The notes below the pieces were generated by a model that had not been told where the DNA came from, made no database searches, and saw nothing but the letters and a program-made list of their open reading frames with translations. Positions 35,315 through 47,782 of a DNA stretch of 64,000 nucleotides are shown here, one piece after another (positions within the stretch are counted from its first letter, which is position 1; each line of letters opens with the position of its first letter). A program made the position numbers and the translations under genes. Source of the stretch: Setoptus koraiensis (lineage: Eukaryota; Animalia; Arthropoda); the NCBI GenBank assembly GCA_048013815.1, contig CM106586.1:9734001-9798000 (forward strand), in the 5' to 3' direction.

Positions 35315-37021
35315 GTAAGTTACTCCCTCTGTCGCTCTTTTTTTGCCCCAACCAAAATACTGAACTATGTGAATATTCACAACTGTACACTATGTTGGCT
35401 GACGGGCGAGCCGAGCCGAGCCGCCAGTATCAAGTGAATCAAGTTTGGCTCGTTAGCTAACTAATAAGCGCCGAGTCGATGATTTATTTACTGCTTGTGG
35501 GCTGCCGACCCAGCGACCGACCCAGCGACCGACGCAACAACCGACCCAGCGACCGACGCAACAACCGATACAACGGCCGCTCATTAGTTCGCAGGCTCTG
35601 GCCCCCGTTCTTTCGAGCGGTTGACCGTTCTCAGGCTGCTCGTGCTGTCCGCCGCCCAAATGCCAAATGAGCAAACGAGCTAATGAGCCAATGAGCCAAT
35701 GAGCCAATGAGCAACTGACTGTGAGCAAATGCGCGAATGCGCGAATGAATACAACATAGATGACGTAACAAGGATATATATATATATATAATGATACTGC
35801 ACACTCATAATGTAGTTTTAATGCATAATAATGATGCAATTTAATAACAATACGACAATGGTTGCACAACAGCAACAGCAACAACAACAACAACGACAAC
35901 AACAAGTTTGATGTGTTGTGTGAATGTTAATGTTTGTTTTTGGCATTGTCGTTATTGTTGTTGCCATTGTGTTGCGATCGCTTGCTTGTCGCTGTCGCCG
36001 TTGCTGTCGCTGTCGCCGTTGCTGTGGTTGTTGCTGTCGCTGTCCGGCAGGCCCTCATGAGAGGAATATAGTTGGCGATACAGTTGGTAATATAGTTATA
36101 TAATATATAATGACTAATAGCTAATAGCGGCTGCAAACAGTCGATATTGTGGCGCACTCGATGCAATGTATGCAAGCACAATCCATACAATAGGCCCTGT
36201 GTGTCGTGCCAGCATATTCACACACACAAAGTCCTGCTCCGTCGGCCCAAAAGTGCCGCGCCGTCCGGCCAAAAGTCCTGCTCCGTCGGGCCACACAACA
36301 CACAACACAGCGCACACTCCCAATCACACCTAATGACGCTATATCGAATGGGGGCCAATTACTGGCCAATGGCGGCGGCCATTGTTTCGGCCGTGCCGTC
36401 ATAATGATCGCTAATGATCGCCGAGTGACCGACTGGCTGACTGGCTGAGTCGCCATCTGTCGCGCTTCTTTTCCATGGGGGCGCGCGCTGTGCACAGTGG
36501 CGCGCGATAGCCTCCATCGAAAAGAACAGCCGATATTGCGGCGCACTGAGCAAATACTGAGCTCACTTTGTCAATTTTCTTACGAAACATTGCAAACTTG
36601 GCATCGTTGGCGCAACGCATTGTTAATTATGCAAATAACGCATGCGGCCATCGGGTTGCGTAACACCGGGTTACATAACACTTGTGATTACACAATACTT
36701 GTGATTACATAATACTTGTGATTGTGCCCATACACTGCAGCGCACACGACAAGGCACGACATGCTTACTCCGATTGTCTCACATTCTCGCATTCTCGCAT
36801 TCTCAGCAATTCGAGTGAAAACGAATTTACCTGGCTGAGCTCAAACAACAAACTCTAATGATTATCTCGTTTTCTCTTCTCTTCCACACGATATTCGCGC
36901 CACAATGACGCAACACTACGCACACATTTGCATGGCGACGACGTGACACTGACATCGCGCGACGACCATATCAATCGTCAATTGTCTCGCTAATGACAAC
37001 CCGACCGCAAACAAACGACAG

Positions 37022-37135
37022 GCAAATTCTCCGACCCGCAACTGCACATATACGACGACCTGGACAACGCCGTCAGGCGCTTCGCCAAGGAGATCGACGC
37101 CCAGAACATCACCATCGAGGCCGTGATAGGCGGAG
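37022..37135 (+). CDS. Eph: Eph exon: distal juxtamembrane and kinase start (KFSDPQLHIYDDLDNAVRRFAKEIDAQNITIEAVIGG)
   Basis: CAG 37019-37021, GTAAGT 37136, 114 nt, phase 1 to 1. FAKEID...I.IE.VIG is diagnostic for Eph. Too short to appear in the + ORF track. Confidence 0.95.
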
Positions 37136-38929
37136 GTAAGTAGCGGTTGCGGGCCGCGAACCGGCAACTCGGTCGGGCCGGCGTCCGCCGGTATCCGTGG
37201 AGCGCGCAAGTCCAGGGCTGGATTGCGGCTGAGCTACGGCTCAACTATGACTGAATCATGGCTGAATTAGGGCTGAATTATGGCTGAATTATGGCGAGCG
37301 AGCGACGTGTCAGCGAGCGAGAGAGGGAGCGAAAAGTCGATATTTGAAGGCCAGCGCCGAGTATCAGCGATCACTTTCCGAGCCGATGATTGATTCGTCT
37401 GGCTGCCGTCGGAACGGGCCAGCGCTGAGAGTGTGTAATAATATGATAATATGAGGGCCTTAAAACGAGGCCGTATACACAAGCGTCGAGTTGTGGCATT
37501 TAATAAATTAAATAAAGAGTTGGTCGAGTTAGCGGGCTAATTAATCACTGGCAACTTAGCAGCGGAGCAGCGCCAAGTAGTGAGAAGGCGCCGTTGAGTC
37601 GTGCCCTGTTTGTTTCGCTGGCTGCCAACTGCGCTTCATTAATAATGATGATAACTGGGCCGCTTGCGATGATTATATGTGGCTATGTGATTATATAATA
37701 TTATTATTGTCTTTATGGCAATTCTCTATGAGTATCACACTCACAAGAGTTGTCAGACTGGAGTCGCAAGAGCACAATATCCGCACCGAGTGAGCGATTA
37801 TTATGTATTAGCGTCGTTGGAGATTGTGAAAATTGAATCCGTGTGAGCAAACAAACAGCAGCGATAATGAGCGCCAACTATTGAACTGAATGAATCATGA
37901 TCCAGATTTGCGAAACTCCAATTCGCGAGCGCACCAAACTTGACGATTGATCATTTTCGTTGTCAAAAGCAACAGCCAACGAACGCTGCCAGCAGCGGAG
38001 ATAGCGATGAGATAGCAGCAATGAGGAAGCAATTTTGCATATTCCAGCACACACAAATATGACGAGACGCTGCCGTTGTATCGGCGGCGTTGCATCGGCG
38101 GCGTTGTATCGGCGGCGTTGCTGTATCGGGAGTCGGCCGTCGCTGTTGTTGCGTAACCGCCGGCGAGCGAGATATCAATAAATTATTATTTGAACTGGCT
38201 AACGAGCCACTAACGAGCTCGTCGTGTCTCGCCGCGGCCGCCGACGCTGCCGATGCCGTTGACGCTGTTGATGCCGTTGACGCTGTTGCGTCAGCGGTCG
38301 GCCGCTGCGGGCCCGGAGACTGGCATGATGCGAGGCGGCCCTTCGGGCCGGTTGAGTTATGAGTGGCGCGGCGCGCTCCGGCGGCCGCATGAGCTCGCCG
38401 ATTGCGCCGAGTGCGACGCTCGCTGCCGGTCGCGGCTCATGAGCCCGCCGCAGCAAGCGGCCAGATACAGAGATGCGGAGATAGGGCGACGGGCGATGCG
38501 GAGATACGGCTCTGTGCAGAAGCAGCGACGCAAAGTTGCGGGGACGCGGAGACGCAACGATGCGGAGATGCCCAGATAAAGCGATGCGCTCGCCATTAAT
38601 ATTCATAATCACACCATTAGTCAGCGCAATTTAATTTAAGCCGCACTTGATCGCGATTTAGCGATGCTCCGGCCGACAGTGTGGCCGACAGTGCGGCCGA
38701 CAAGTGCCGCACCGGCCGAGCGCCGCCGGACAGCGCCGAAGCGGGCCTAATCTGGATTAAAAAGTCGCTCATTAGCGCTCATCAGCGCGGCCCTGTTGCG
38801 CCTGTGGCGCAAATTGAGCGGCGTGTGCGGCCCAAATCAATTATCGCTAGACGAGCCAGATGAGTAACTCTTTGTTTGTTCAATATCCATCAATTGTCAC
38901 AACGACAACGACGACGACGACGACAACAG

Positions 38930-39183
38930 GTGAATTCGGAGACGTTTGCAGGGGCCGGCTGCGCAGGCCCGAGCTGAGCGGCGCCGAGACCACGGTGGCC
39001 ATCAAGACGCTGAAACAGGGAGCCAGCGACAAGAACCGGCTCGACTTTCTCACCGAGGCATCCACCATGGGCCAGTTCGACCACCCGAACGTCATTTACC
39101 TCGAGGGCGTTGTGACGCGAACCAATCCCGTTATGATAGTGACCGAATTCATGGAAAACGGCGCCTTGGACGCATTTCTCAGG
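38930..39183 (+). CDS. Eph: Eph exon: kinase N-lobe (GEFGDVCRG...VAIKTLK...[17 protein letters not shown])
   Basis: CAG 38927-38929, GTAAGT 39184, phase 1 to 0. Gly-rich loop, VAIK lysine, alphaC FLTEAS, Thr gatekeeper. Confidence 0.98.
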
Positions 39184-39480
39184 GTAAGTCATCGTCCGGT
39201 GTGCGATATGCGATGCGTGAGATATGCGCCATTTATCTCCATTTATCTCATGTCCGCCGGATCTCGCGTGCGGCCGCATCGCCGGCGAGCCATCACAGTG
39301 GCACGCTATCGCTGGCCAATCCAATTGGCTCCATCTAACACAACTCTCGCTTTTTCTCACGAATATCCCCACCACCGTGAATACCCCACCGCCGTGGACA
39401 TCCCGACCATCGTGAATACCCCAACGCATTGGATGGTGCGACGAACATGATGCTCGCAATAATACACTGCCACCCACCAG

Positions 39481-39579
39481 GGCAACAAGGGCCGCTTCCC
39501 GGTGCCCCAATTGTTGTCCATGCTCCGGGGCATAGCGTGCGGAATGAAATACCTGTCCGAAATGAATTACGTGCACAGG
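39481..39579 (+). CDS. Eph: Eph exon: kinase alphaE to catalytic loop ([33 protein letters not shown])
   Basis: CAG 39478-39480, GTAAGT 39580, 99 nt, phase 0 to 0. Confidence 0.97.
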
Positions 39580-39776
39580 GTAAGTAGCCCCCACAGGGTA
39601 ACATAATATACATACATGAGGCAATATTACGCCATTACGTCACTCTCTCCCATTGGCATGTTATTGGCTTGTTGGGGGCGAGTGGCTGTTCAGCAGCGGC
39701 TGTTGGCACTTGTTGCTGGCGCTATCGCACATTGTGTGATAACATGATGAATGTTATCAAACAATAACATACATTT

Positions 39777-39800
39777 GCTTATATATGCGCATATATAAGC
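39777..39800. repeat. 24-bp perfect palindrome
   Basis: GCTTATATATGC|GCATATATAAGC. Confidence 0.95.
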
Positions 39801-42800
39801 TGATACTTGACGTTATTACGCAATACTTTTACCTGCTAATGATATAATGATAATATTGCGCAATGCTGGCGCGCGATTAGTGTGCCTTATTTTGTTTGCA
39901 TGCTCGCTCAATTGGTGCGCAACAGTGTGCGTGCACACTGCGAACAATGTGGCTCAACAACGTGAGCCGCTCACCTGTCCGCCAGGTGAGCCACTCACGC
40001 GCAATATTATCCGGCCCGGCCCGGCCTGAACCGGACCGAGCGGCGCTCATAAATTGCCCGAGTCACAGTGAGTGTTACGAGAACGGCCAATTGAGTGGCG
40101 CGAAGGCGCGATTAAACGATGATGATGAAGCCGCCTCAGACCGACACAACCGATAATGACCGGACGCTGGCCAGCGCACTGTCTGGCCAGCGTCGTGCCT
40201 AGATCGATTAGATCTAATCGAATCGAAGCGGCTCGGCTCGGCTCGGCTCAACTCGATCCGATGCGATTCGATGCGAGCGAACCCGAGCCAGTGCGAGCCG
40301 CAGCGGCAACTGGCCCGACCGGCCGGCCGCGCTGTCTGGCGGGCACCCATGCGGCCGGCCGTCGTTGTTGCTGTTGCTGTGGTTGTTGTCGTTGTTGCTG
40401 CTATTGCTGCTGTTGCTGCTGTGGTTGTTGCTGATGTTGTTGTTGCCGGCTAATCAAATCAAATTTGCGCCGACGATTGATGGCCGGCAGCGGCGACAGC
40501 AACGCCAGCGAACGGCCATGCAAACAACGCCTGTTGCGGCTACCTGTTGTCGGGCGCCCGCTTCAGTTGGCCAGTTGCGTGTATTTGTGTGTCGGCCGGC
40601 CGCTGGGGCGACGATGGACGCGTTTGGCCATGTTAGGCGATTGGCCGGACGATCTATCATGATGATTGTTGCGTCGCCATGAGCGTGTCTCTCGTCGTGG
40701 TCGCCGGCCGGCCAGCCAGCCAACACAAGCCAACACAAACCAACACAAGCCAACACAAAGCATCATTACGTAACATTTCATTACGCATAGCATCGCGTAA
40801 CATTTCATTACGCATGGCATTACGTAACAGTGTGTGTATGCACTTGTTATGCAACGGCCAGCGCCGATTGGCGTCGCAAGTTGCCAGAGTGCAATCTATA
40901 TACAATTAGAAATGGTTGGCATGAGATGTGTGCGCTGGCAAATAGTAATCACACACATTTATTCGTCGTCAACGACTCGTTAATCACTCTCTCTCCACTT
41001 GTTGCCGTCGCTCGGACGGCGCTCGCCATTCGCAGCAGTTGGACGGCGCTCGAAATGCGCGCTTCCACGACGGCCGAAATTGGCAGTTCGACGGCGCTCG
41101 CCATTCGCGGTTCGGCCGGCAGCGAAGCTCGATTCGAGCTCGAATTGAAGCGGCGCGAATTGAATCTTTTCGGCGGCCGTCGGCCGGCCAACAACAACCG
41201 CGCCAACAACAACCGCACCAGCGGCCGCAATCAGCTGACACACAACGAGTGATGCTGCTTCGGCTGCGGCCAACACATTGCATAATTGATAGCCACCTGT
41301 TGATGGTGTTCTTTTGTGTGCGCTGCTGCTCGGGTTGTTGCTGCGGTTGTTGCTCGTCGTTGTTGCTCGTCGTTGTTGCTCGTCGTTGGCCGCTGCTCGG
41401 TGGTTGCTCGTTGCGGGCTGTCGGCCGGTCGCGGGCCAGCGAAAGGAAAGCGTCTCAATGGGCACGAGGGGCGAGCTTTTGTTTGCATCATGCATCATTT
41501 AGCCCCAGTTGGCCGACTCGTTAGTGCGCCGGCCCGAGCGTCGGGCCGGTCAGCTGATCGGGCACTGGCATGCGCCTGGATTTGAGTCGCTTGTTAATAC
41601 AAGCAACAAAGCCAAAATGAGCAATTTATTTCCATTTCATCATTTGCCAGGCAGCAGCGACGCAGCAACCTGTTGCTGCACTGGCCACTTGTGCGCCCGC
41701 CACGGACACTGGCCGCCAAACACTGACTGCGGCCAGTTTGGCCGGCAGCCAACAGGTTGTGGTCAACATCGTATACAGTTGCGGCGCATTGTGGGGGTCA
41801 TAGCGATCAGCGTCGTTTCAGCGCAGTTTTAGTCGCATCGTTTCGTCAGCTTTAGTCGCGTCGTTAGTCGCTTGGCCAGTCGCATTATTCCACTGCCACA
41901 GAGATAAGATCTGGCAATGCAAACAAGCGCGTCTAACCGGCCGCGGCCGGCAGCGCGGGAGTGTCCGTCACTGGCGCACTGGTCGCTTGCTCGCCGCCGA
42001 TCTGTCGGCCGGTGTACGAGCCACTCTGGTGGTCGCCGCCGCTCGGACAAGTGACCGTCGGTGACCGTCGGTGATCGGGCCTCGCACCGCCGGCCAGTCC
42101 GGTCGCCGGCCCGACCGCCGCGACAATCGAGCGCCGGGAGTCGGGAGTAGCGTTGCGTCAGACCGGCCGCACTCGCAACTGGCCAATGAGTCATCGGCAA
42201 CAAACAAACCAATGACAATAGCCTCACAATGTGAGGCTCACACAGACTGGACACTGGCGAAAACTGGACTGCGCAAGCGATCGCCGGCACTTATGCGCCT
42301 ATCACCTGTATCTGCTATTTATACTGGCCTCTATTTATACTTTATGGTGGCATTAGCGGCCGGCAGTTCGGCCATTGCGAGCCGCGTATCAACGAGCCGT
42401 GCCTATTATATTTTATGGCTCTTGTCGCGGCGCGGCCGCTTGCGTCCGCACACTATCTGCTGCCGGCCGGCATCGCCCGCGATCGGCCGGCAGCCGCGAT
42501 CGGCCGATGTTGCCCGTTCTGAGGTTACCTGTTCTGCGCGACGGTGCGCCGGCCGCGATGCCCGACGGTCGCCGAGTCAATCAATCACTGACTGGCGCGG
42601 TTCGGTTTGATCGATTGGCTCGCCTTCTTCACCTTGAATTCGGCTCATCTCCGCATGAGAATCCAGCGTCGTTGTTGTTGGACCAACGAGCGCAGCTTGA
42701 ATGTGCGCACTTGTGCTCACATTTGCCGGACACACAGCGCTGACATTCAACAGGTGAATGCGGCCGATATCACGGCCGATATCACAGCTGATGATGCATT

Positions 42801-44396
42801 GAGAGGGCCGAAGAAGCGAAGAAAGTGGCCGCATCTTCGCGGCGACACAGCGGCCGTTTCGCGCACTAACGCACTAACGGCTGTAGGCGAAACAGATGCC
42901 CAGGTGAGATAATAGTTGCTCCAGTTTCGCCAATTGGGTTACGTGTGTTTGTGTGTGCGACTGCGCCACAACCAACCACAACCAACGGCAAACTGGGCCT
43001 GTCACAACAAAGGCGTCACACAAACGCCTGACCAAACAATTTCACGACATTGTTGCCGGTGTCGCTGGGCGCTGGCCAATTGGCAATTGTCGCGGCCGGG
43101 CGATTGTCACAGTTTGACAGCTGTCACATTGGGCGACTGTCACACGCTGACCATTGTCGCATTGGTCGGTGCCTCGCCAGCAACGCGGCCGACAGGTTGC
43201 CCGACGATCACGAGCGCACAGCGATAATTAATTAACTCTGGCTCGATCAAACCGCTGCGGCTGCCCGAATCGCTGCGGCTGCCCGAACGGCGCCCGAATC
43301 ATGGAGTTGTGACTCGCAACGGCCGGCAACCCGCAGCTCGGTCCATCGTCAGTGACACCTGACGGGATGCGCAGTGCCCCGTGCCCCGCAACAAACCACA
43401 ACAAACCGTAACATAACATCGCGGGCGCGGACGAAGGAGGACGGGCGCGGACAGGTGAGGACGGGCGCGGACGGGCAACGCAAACGAGTCGACGGCAAGT
43501 GTAAACAATGCAACAATGTGCCCACTCACCTGTGCTGGCCGACAGTGTCGACACTTGTGTCGGCATAATGCGCACACTGACTCATTATAATCGGTGGTCA
43601 GTTTGTGAAAAGTCCGGCGAGTGCCAACTCACTGTCGACAACTTAAGCGCGGCTGCTACGCCAACGAGACGAGCACCGATTGTGACGACAGCAACAATGT
43701 TTGCGCAATGTCATGTTGCGTTACGCAACAAATCTTGGTTTTGTCTGACAAATGTGTCAGCCGACAATGGGCCGCGCTCACTCACTAAAGTCAACAGAGT
43801 CCACCGAGCCGACAGAGCCGACAGAGCAGATACAATAGAGCACTCGCATCTCGTGCCACGCCAACTGACAGACGAGACAGGTAAACAAGTGCGACATGCA
43901 GTGGTCAGTTGAACCAACTGACTCACAATTGTCAGTTGGCCATTATTAATAAGATAAACACAAAGCGAGCTCGTCTGGCCGTTTGATCTCTCCATCTGTC
44001 CGTTGGTCGGCGTGCACTGTTTGCAACAATGTCCAATCGGCGCGGCCGGCCACTTCGGGCCGGTTCGGTCGATTCGGGCCGGTTCGGGCTGGTTCGGTCG
44101 GTTCGGGCCGGCCCGCTCGACGGCGGCCAAAACGGTAAATCACGACTGGCCGCCGCCGACAATGGCGGCCGCAATGTTGCGCAACGCCGCCGACCAATCT
44201 CGCAATATTGCGCAACGCCACCGACTGATCTCGCAATGTTGCGCAACGCCACTGATTGATCTGTCAGCAACCAACTAATTACTGTATGTCTTTGTATGCA
44301 CACGAATCGCCCACCATCATTAATCAACAATCACGACCGCAATGCAACAACCACAACAACAACCACGACAACAACCACGACAACCACCACCAACAG

Positions 44397-44708
44397 GACC
44401 TGGCCGCCAGAAACATCTTGGTGAACGCCAACAACGTGTGCAAGATAGCCGACTTTGGTTTGTCGCGCGAAATTGAGACCGCGCACGACGGCACGGGCGC
44501 GTACACAACGCGCGGCGGCAAAATACCCGTCCGATGGACCGCGCTCGAGGCGATCGCCTTCAGAAAGTTCACCTCGGCCAGCGACGTCTGGAGCTTCGGC
44601 ATCGTCTGCTGGGAGGTGATGTCCTACGGAGAGCGGCCCTACTCGCAGTGGTCCAACCAGAACGTCATCAAGGCCGTCGAGCAGGGCTACCGCCTGCTGG
44701 CCCCCGAG
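44397..44708 (+). CDS. Eph: Eph exon: catalytic and activation loops (DLAARNILV...DFGLSR...[18 protein letters not shown]...GYRLLAPE)
   Basis: CAG 44394-44396, GTAAGT 44709, 312 nt, phase 0 to 0. HR|DLAARN, DFG, SDVWSFG motifs. Confidence 0.98.
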
Positions 44709-44996
44709 GTAAGTGCACCCGTCAACCGCCCGCCCGTTTTAGCGTCGACCGAGCGGCCCGTTTTAGAGTCGACCGTGCGGACGGCGGTCGCCCGACGCCC
44801 GACAAACGGTCGCACAATTGTTATTTTGTTATTAATTCCCGTTCCCGTCTCTCCCGTTTCTCCCGTTTGTTCCCATCGCCGCGACAACCACCGCGCAACC
44901 GTGTGACCGCTCAATTAAACGCACTCACAATCAAACAATCAAATACCCTCGCAATTAAATACCCTCGCAATTAAATACCCGCGCAATCAAATACAG

Positions 44997-45157
44997 GGCT
45001 GCCCAGAGGCCGTGCACAAGCTGATGCTCGACTGCTGGCTCAAGGACCGCTCGGCGCGCCCGTCGTTCGCGCAAATAGTTAAGACGTTCGACCGTCTCAT
45101 TAGTCCATACGATGCCTGTGATGATAAACTGAGCGCCACCATGACGCAACACACCAG
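44997..45157 (+). CDS. Eph: Eph exon: kinase C-lobe end ([35 protein letters not shown]...QHT)
   Basis: CAG 44994-44996, GTGAGT 45158, phase 0 to 2. CP...LMLDCW...RP.F motif. Absent from the + ORF track. Confidence 0.95.
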
Positions 45158-45299
45158 GTGAGTTTGAATTTGGTGAATTTACTGAATTGGCTGCATAAAA
45201 TCGCGGCGAGAGTCTCGCCCTTTTCTGCCCCGTCCGCTCGTTTCTGCCCCGTCCGCTCGCTTCTGCCCGTCCCCTCGCCGTTTCACCTGTGCGAACGCT

Positions 45300-45395
45300 G
45301 GTCCGAATGCCCGACCCGTTGAATGCCCGACCCGTCGAATGCCCGACCCGCTGAATGACCGACCCGTCGAATGACCGACCCGCTGAATGACCGAC
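45300..45395. repeat. 15-16-bp GAATG(C/A)CCGACCCG tandem repeat, about 6 copies
   Basis: Directly visible, AG-free. Confidence 0.9.
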
Positions 45396-47782
45396 CGGTG
45401 TCAACATTGTCGGTATGCGGCGACAGAATGCGACCCGACATAAACTCGGTCGGTGCCTCGGGTGTGCGTGCAATATCGCGTTTGTCAGCGCTGTTTTTTG
45501 GCAATTTGCATTTTACAGTTGCCGCCGGCCCGGCACTGACAGGCAACAGCAAACTTGCACCGACAACAAACTTGCACTGACGACGGGCACCGCGGTGCCA
45601 GTTTGCGCCGCCAGGCGAGTTTATCGCGGATAAATTATCGGACAAGTCGCAATGACGGCGGCCGGACAAATTATCGCTTGACGGGCCGTATTTTGTGCGC
45701 GGCCGATAACGGGCGCTTGCAAAATGCGGCATAAGCGCTCACTTGATATGCACAGTTGATATACACAGTTGATATGTTCGGACATGTGGCAATAAACGGC
45801 AACAACAACAACAACCGAAATAACTCGTGTTATCCGGGCATTAGGAGAGATAAAAGTTTAATTGTTTTCAGACTGTCGCTTTTATAGCCACTGGCCGGCC
45901 AGTTTGGACACAATTTGCGAACACTGGCGTTTATTTGCCGCCGCCGCCGCTGTTGTTGTTCGCGTTGGGCCGATAAACAAACGCATGGCGATGCACAAAC
46001 GAACAGCCAGATATAAACAAACGGCCAGATATAAACGAACGGCCTGAGACAAGCGAACGGCCAGATATAAACAAACTGGCGGCTTGCAACATCCGTGCGC
46101 CGGCGGTAATTGAGACACTCCGATTGCGAGCGCTCCATTATCTCACACTCGCGCATGTGTTACACTGGTCAGTCGGCCGAAAGGGCGGCCTCTTTGGCCA
46201 CTTCGGCCACTTCGGTTGCTGCGGACACTGCGGACACCGCGGCCGCTGCGGACACACCGCAGCGGGTCGGCTAATTGCGCTCGCGGCAACGTGCCATTTA
46301 TTGCTACGTGACATATCCGTCTCGCCGCGCCGGCGCGTTGCTGCTGCCCTCTACACTCCGCGCCCCATACTCCACTTTGCGCCCCGCGCCCCATACTCCA
46401 CTTTGCACTCCGCGCCGTATGCTCGGGCTCGGCGCCCGGCGCCGGCCTGTATTGGGTCAGTCGATAATATGATTAGCATAATCATGGCCTCGATTGGCCG
46501 CGCAAAGCAGTCGCGCGGGCCGCGGTGCACTCGCGCGGGCCGCACCGGGCTCTCACAAATTTCGTTATCTGCTGCTAGGCCGGCACTGCCTGGCTGGCGC
46601 GGGTCCGGCACAGTTTCCGAGACACACGCACGCCCAACGGCCCGAACCGGCCCGCTCTAATCCGGATGTGCTGGTCAAATAACGGGCTCGCATGGCGCGC
46701 TACAAAGTGGTCAGATAACGCAAACGGCGCCCACATTCGGGCTGGATGTGGGCCGCGATGCGATACAGTTGCGCGGGCCGGACACGATAAATAATGGGCC
46801 GGTGGGCGTATTGAGCCGGCGCCAATGCGACACTTTCACTTTGCGCGCAACATCGCTGACCATTAATCAATTAAACTGTGTTGCATCGGTTGAGAGAACC
46901 GGATCACGGCTATCAATAACGGCGTTGCATTGTTGCGCCGGTTTGATCGGTTGGCTCGCATCACTCGTGCGCATTTTATCCGACGGTTTTAATGCAGCGA
47001 TACTGTATTGGTGGCACACACTACACACAATGTCAACTCGCACGACAACTTGGGCCGCACGCCGCCGCCGCCGGTCACTTCCGGTGGCCGTCGCGCAACA
47101 CAACCAATTGGTGCCAGTGAGCGCGATAGCCAGCGCTGCACGTAATGATGATGTAACTGGGCCGATATCACCGGCACCATATCACCGTTCGCGACAATTG
47201 TTACGTCACGATGTGAGCAGCTCATTTGCAACTGGCTCATCTCGAGCCTGTCGCTGTGCACAGCGTCATGAATAATAATGGGGCCCCACTAATTTGTGCA
47301 AGCCGCCACAGTCGCTCACTGTGCCGCTGGCAGTGACAGGCTGTGCACTTGTCGCGCGGGGGCATCTTGGCTTGATACTATCTATTGTGTAAACCATAAC
47401 AGTGGCACGCCAAGTGGCGCCAATCGGCGACCGATCAGCGCCCTATCGTGAGTTTAGAGGCAGATTTGTGCGGGAGGGCGCTCGGCCCGGCCGAGCGGTA
47501 CCCGCCGAACGGGCCGGTACGATAAATACGGTAAATAATACGGTAAATATAAAGAAAATAATAGAGCGGCCGGCGAAAAGTGACTGTTGTCGCCGCAATG
47601 CGACCACTATCGATGGCGCAATCAGCAAAAAGTTGAGCAGGCTCAGGCCAGATATTCTTCAAAGAGATAATCACAGATGAATCACAGATAAACGGGCGGC
47701 TACCGTCTTGTGTTGCTGATTTATTGCAATTTATCAGTGGATATCGGCCATATTTTAGGCTAAATTGACACTGGCAGCAACA

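Noticed and set aside
40304-40490. 185-nt AG-free zone with CTAAT and CAG (also 46263-46460)
   Set aside because: Largely TTG or C-rich repeat that is AG-free by composition; downstream sequence has no suitable donor or hits a stop.
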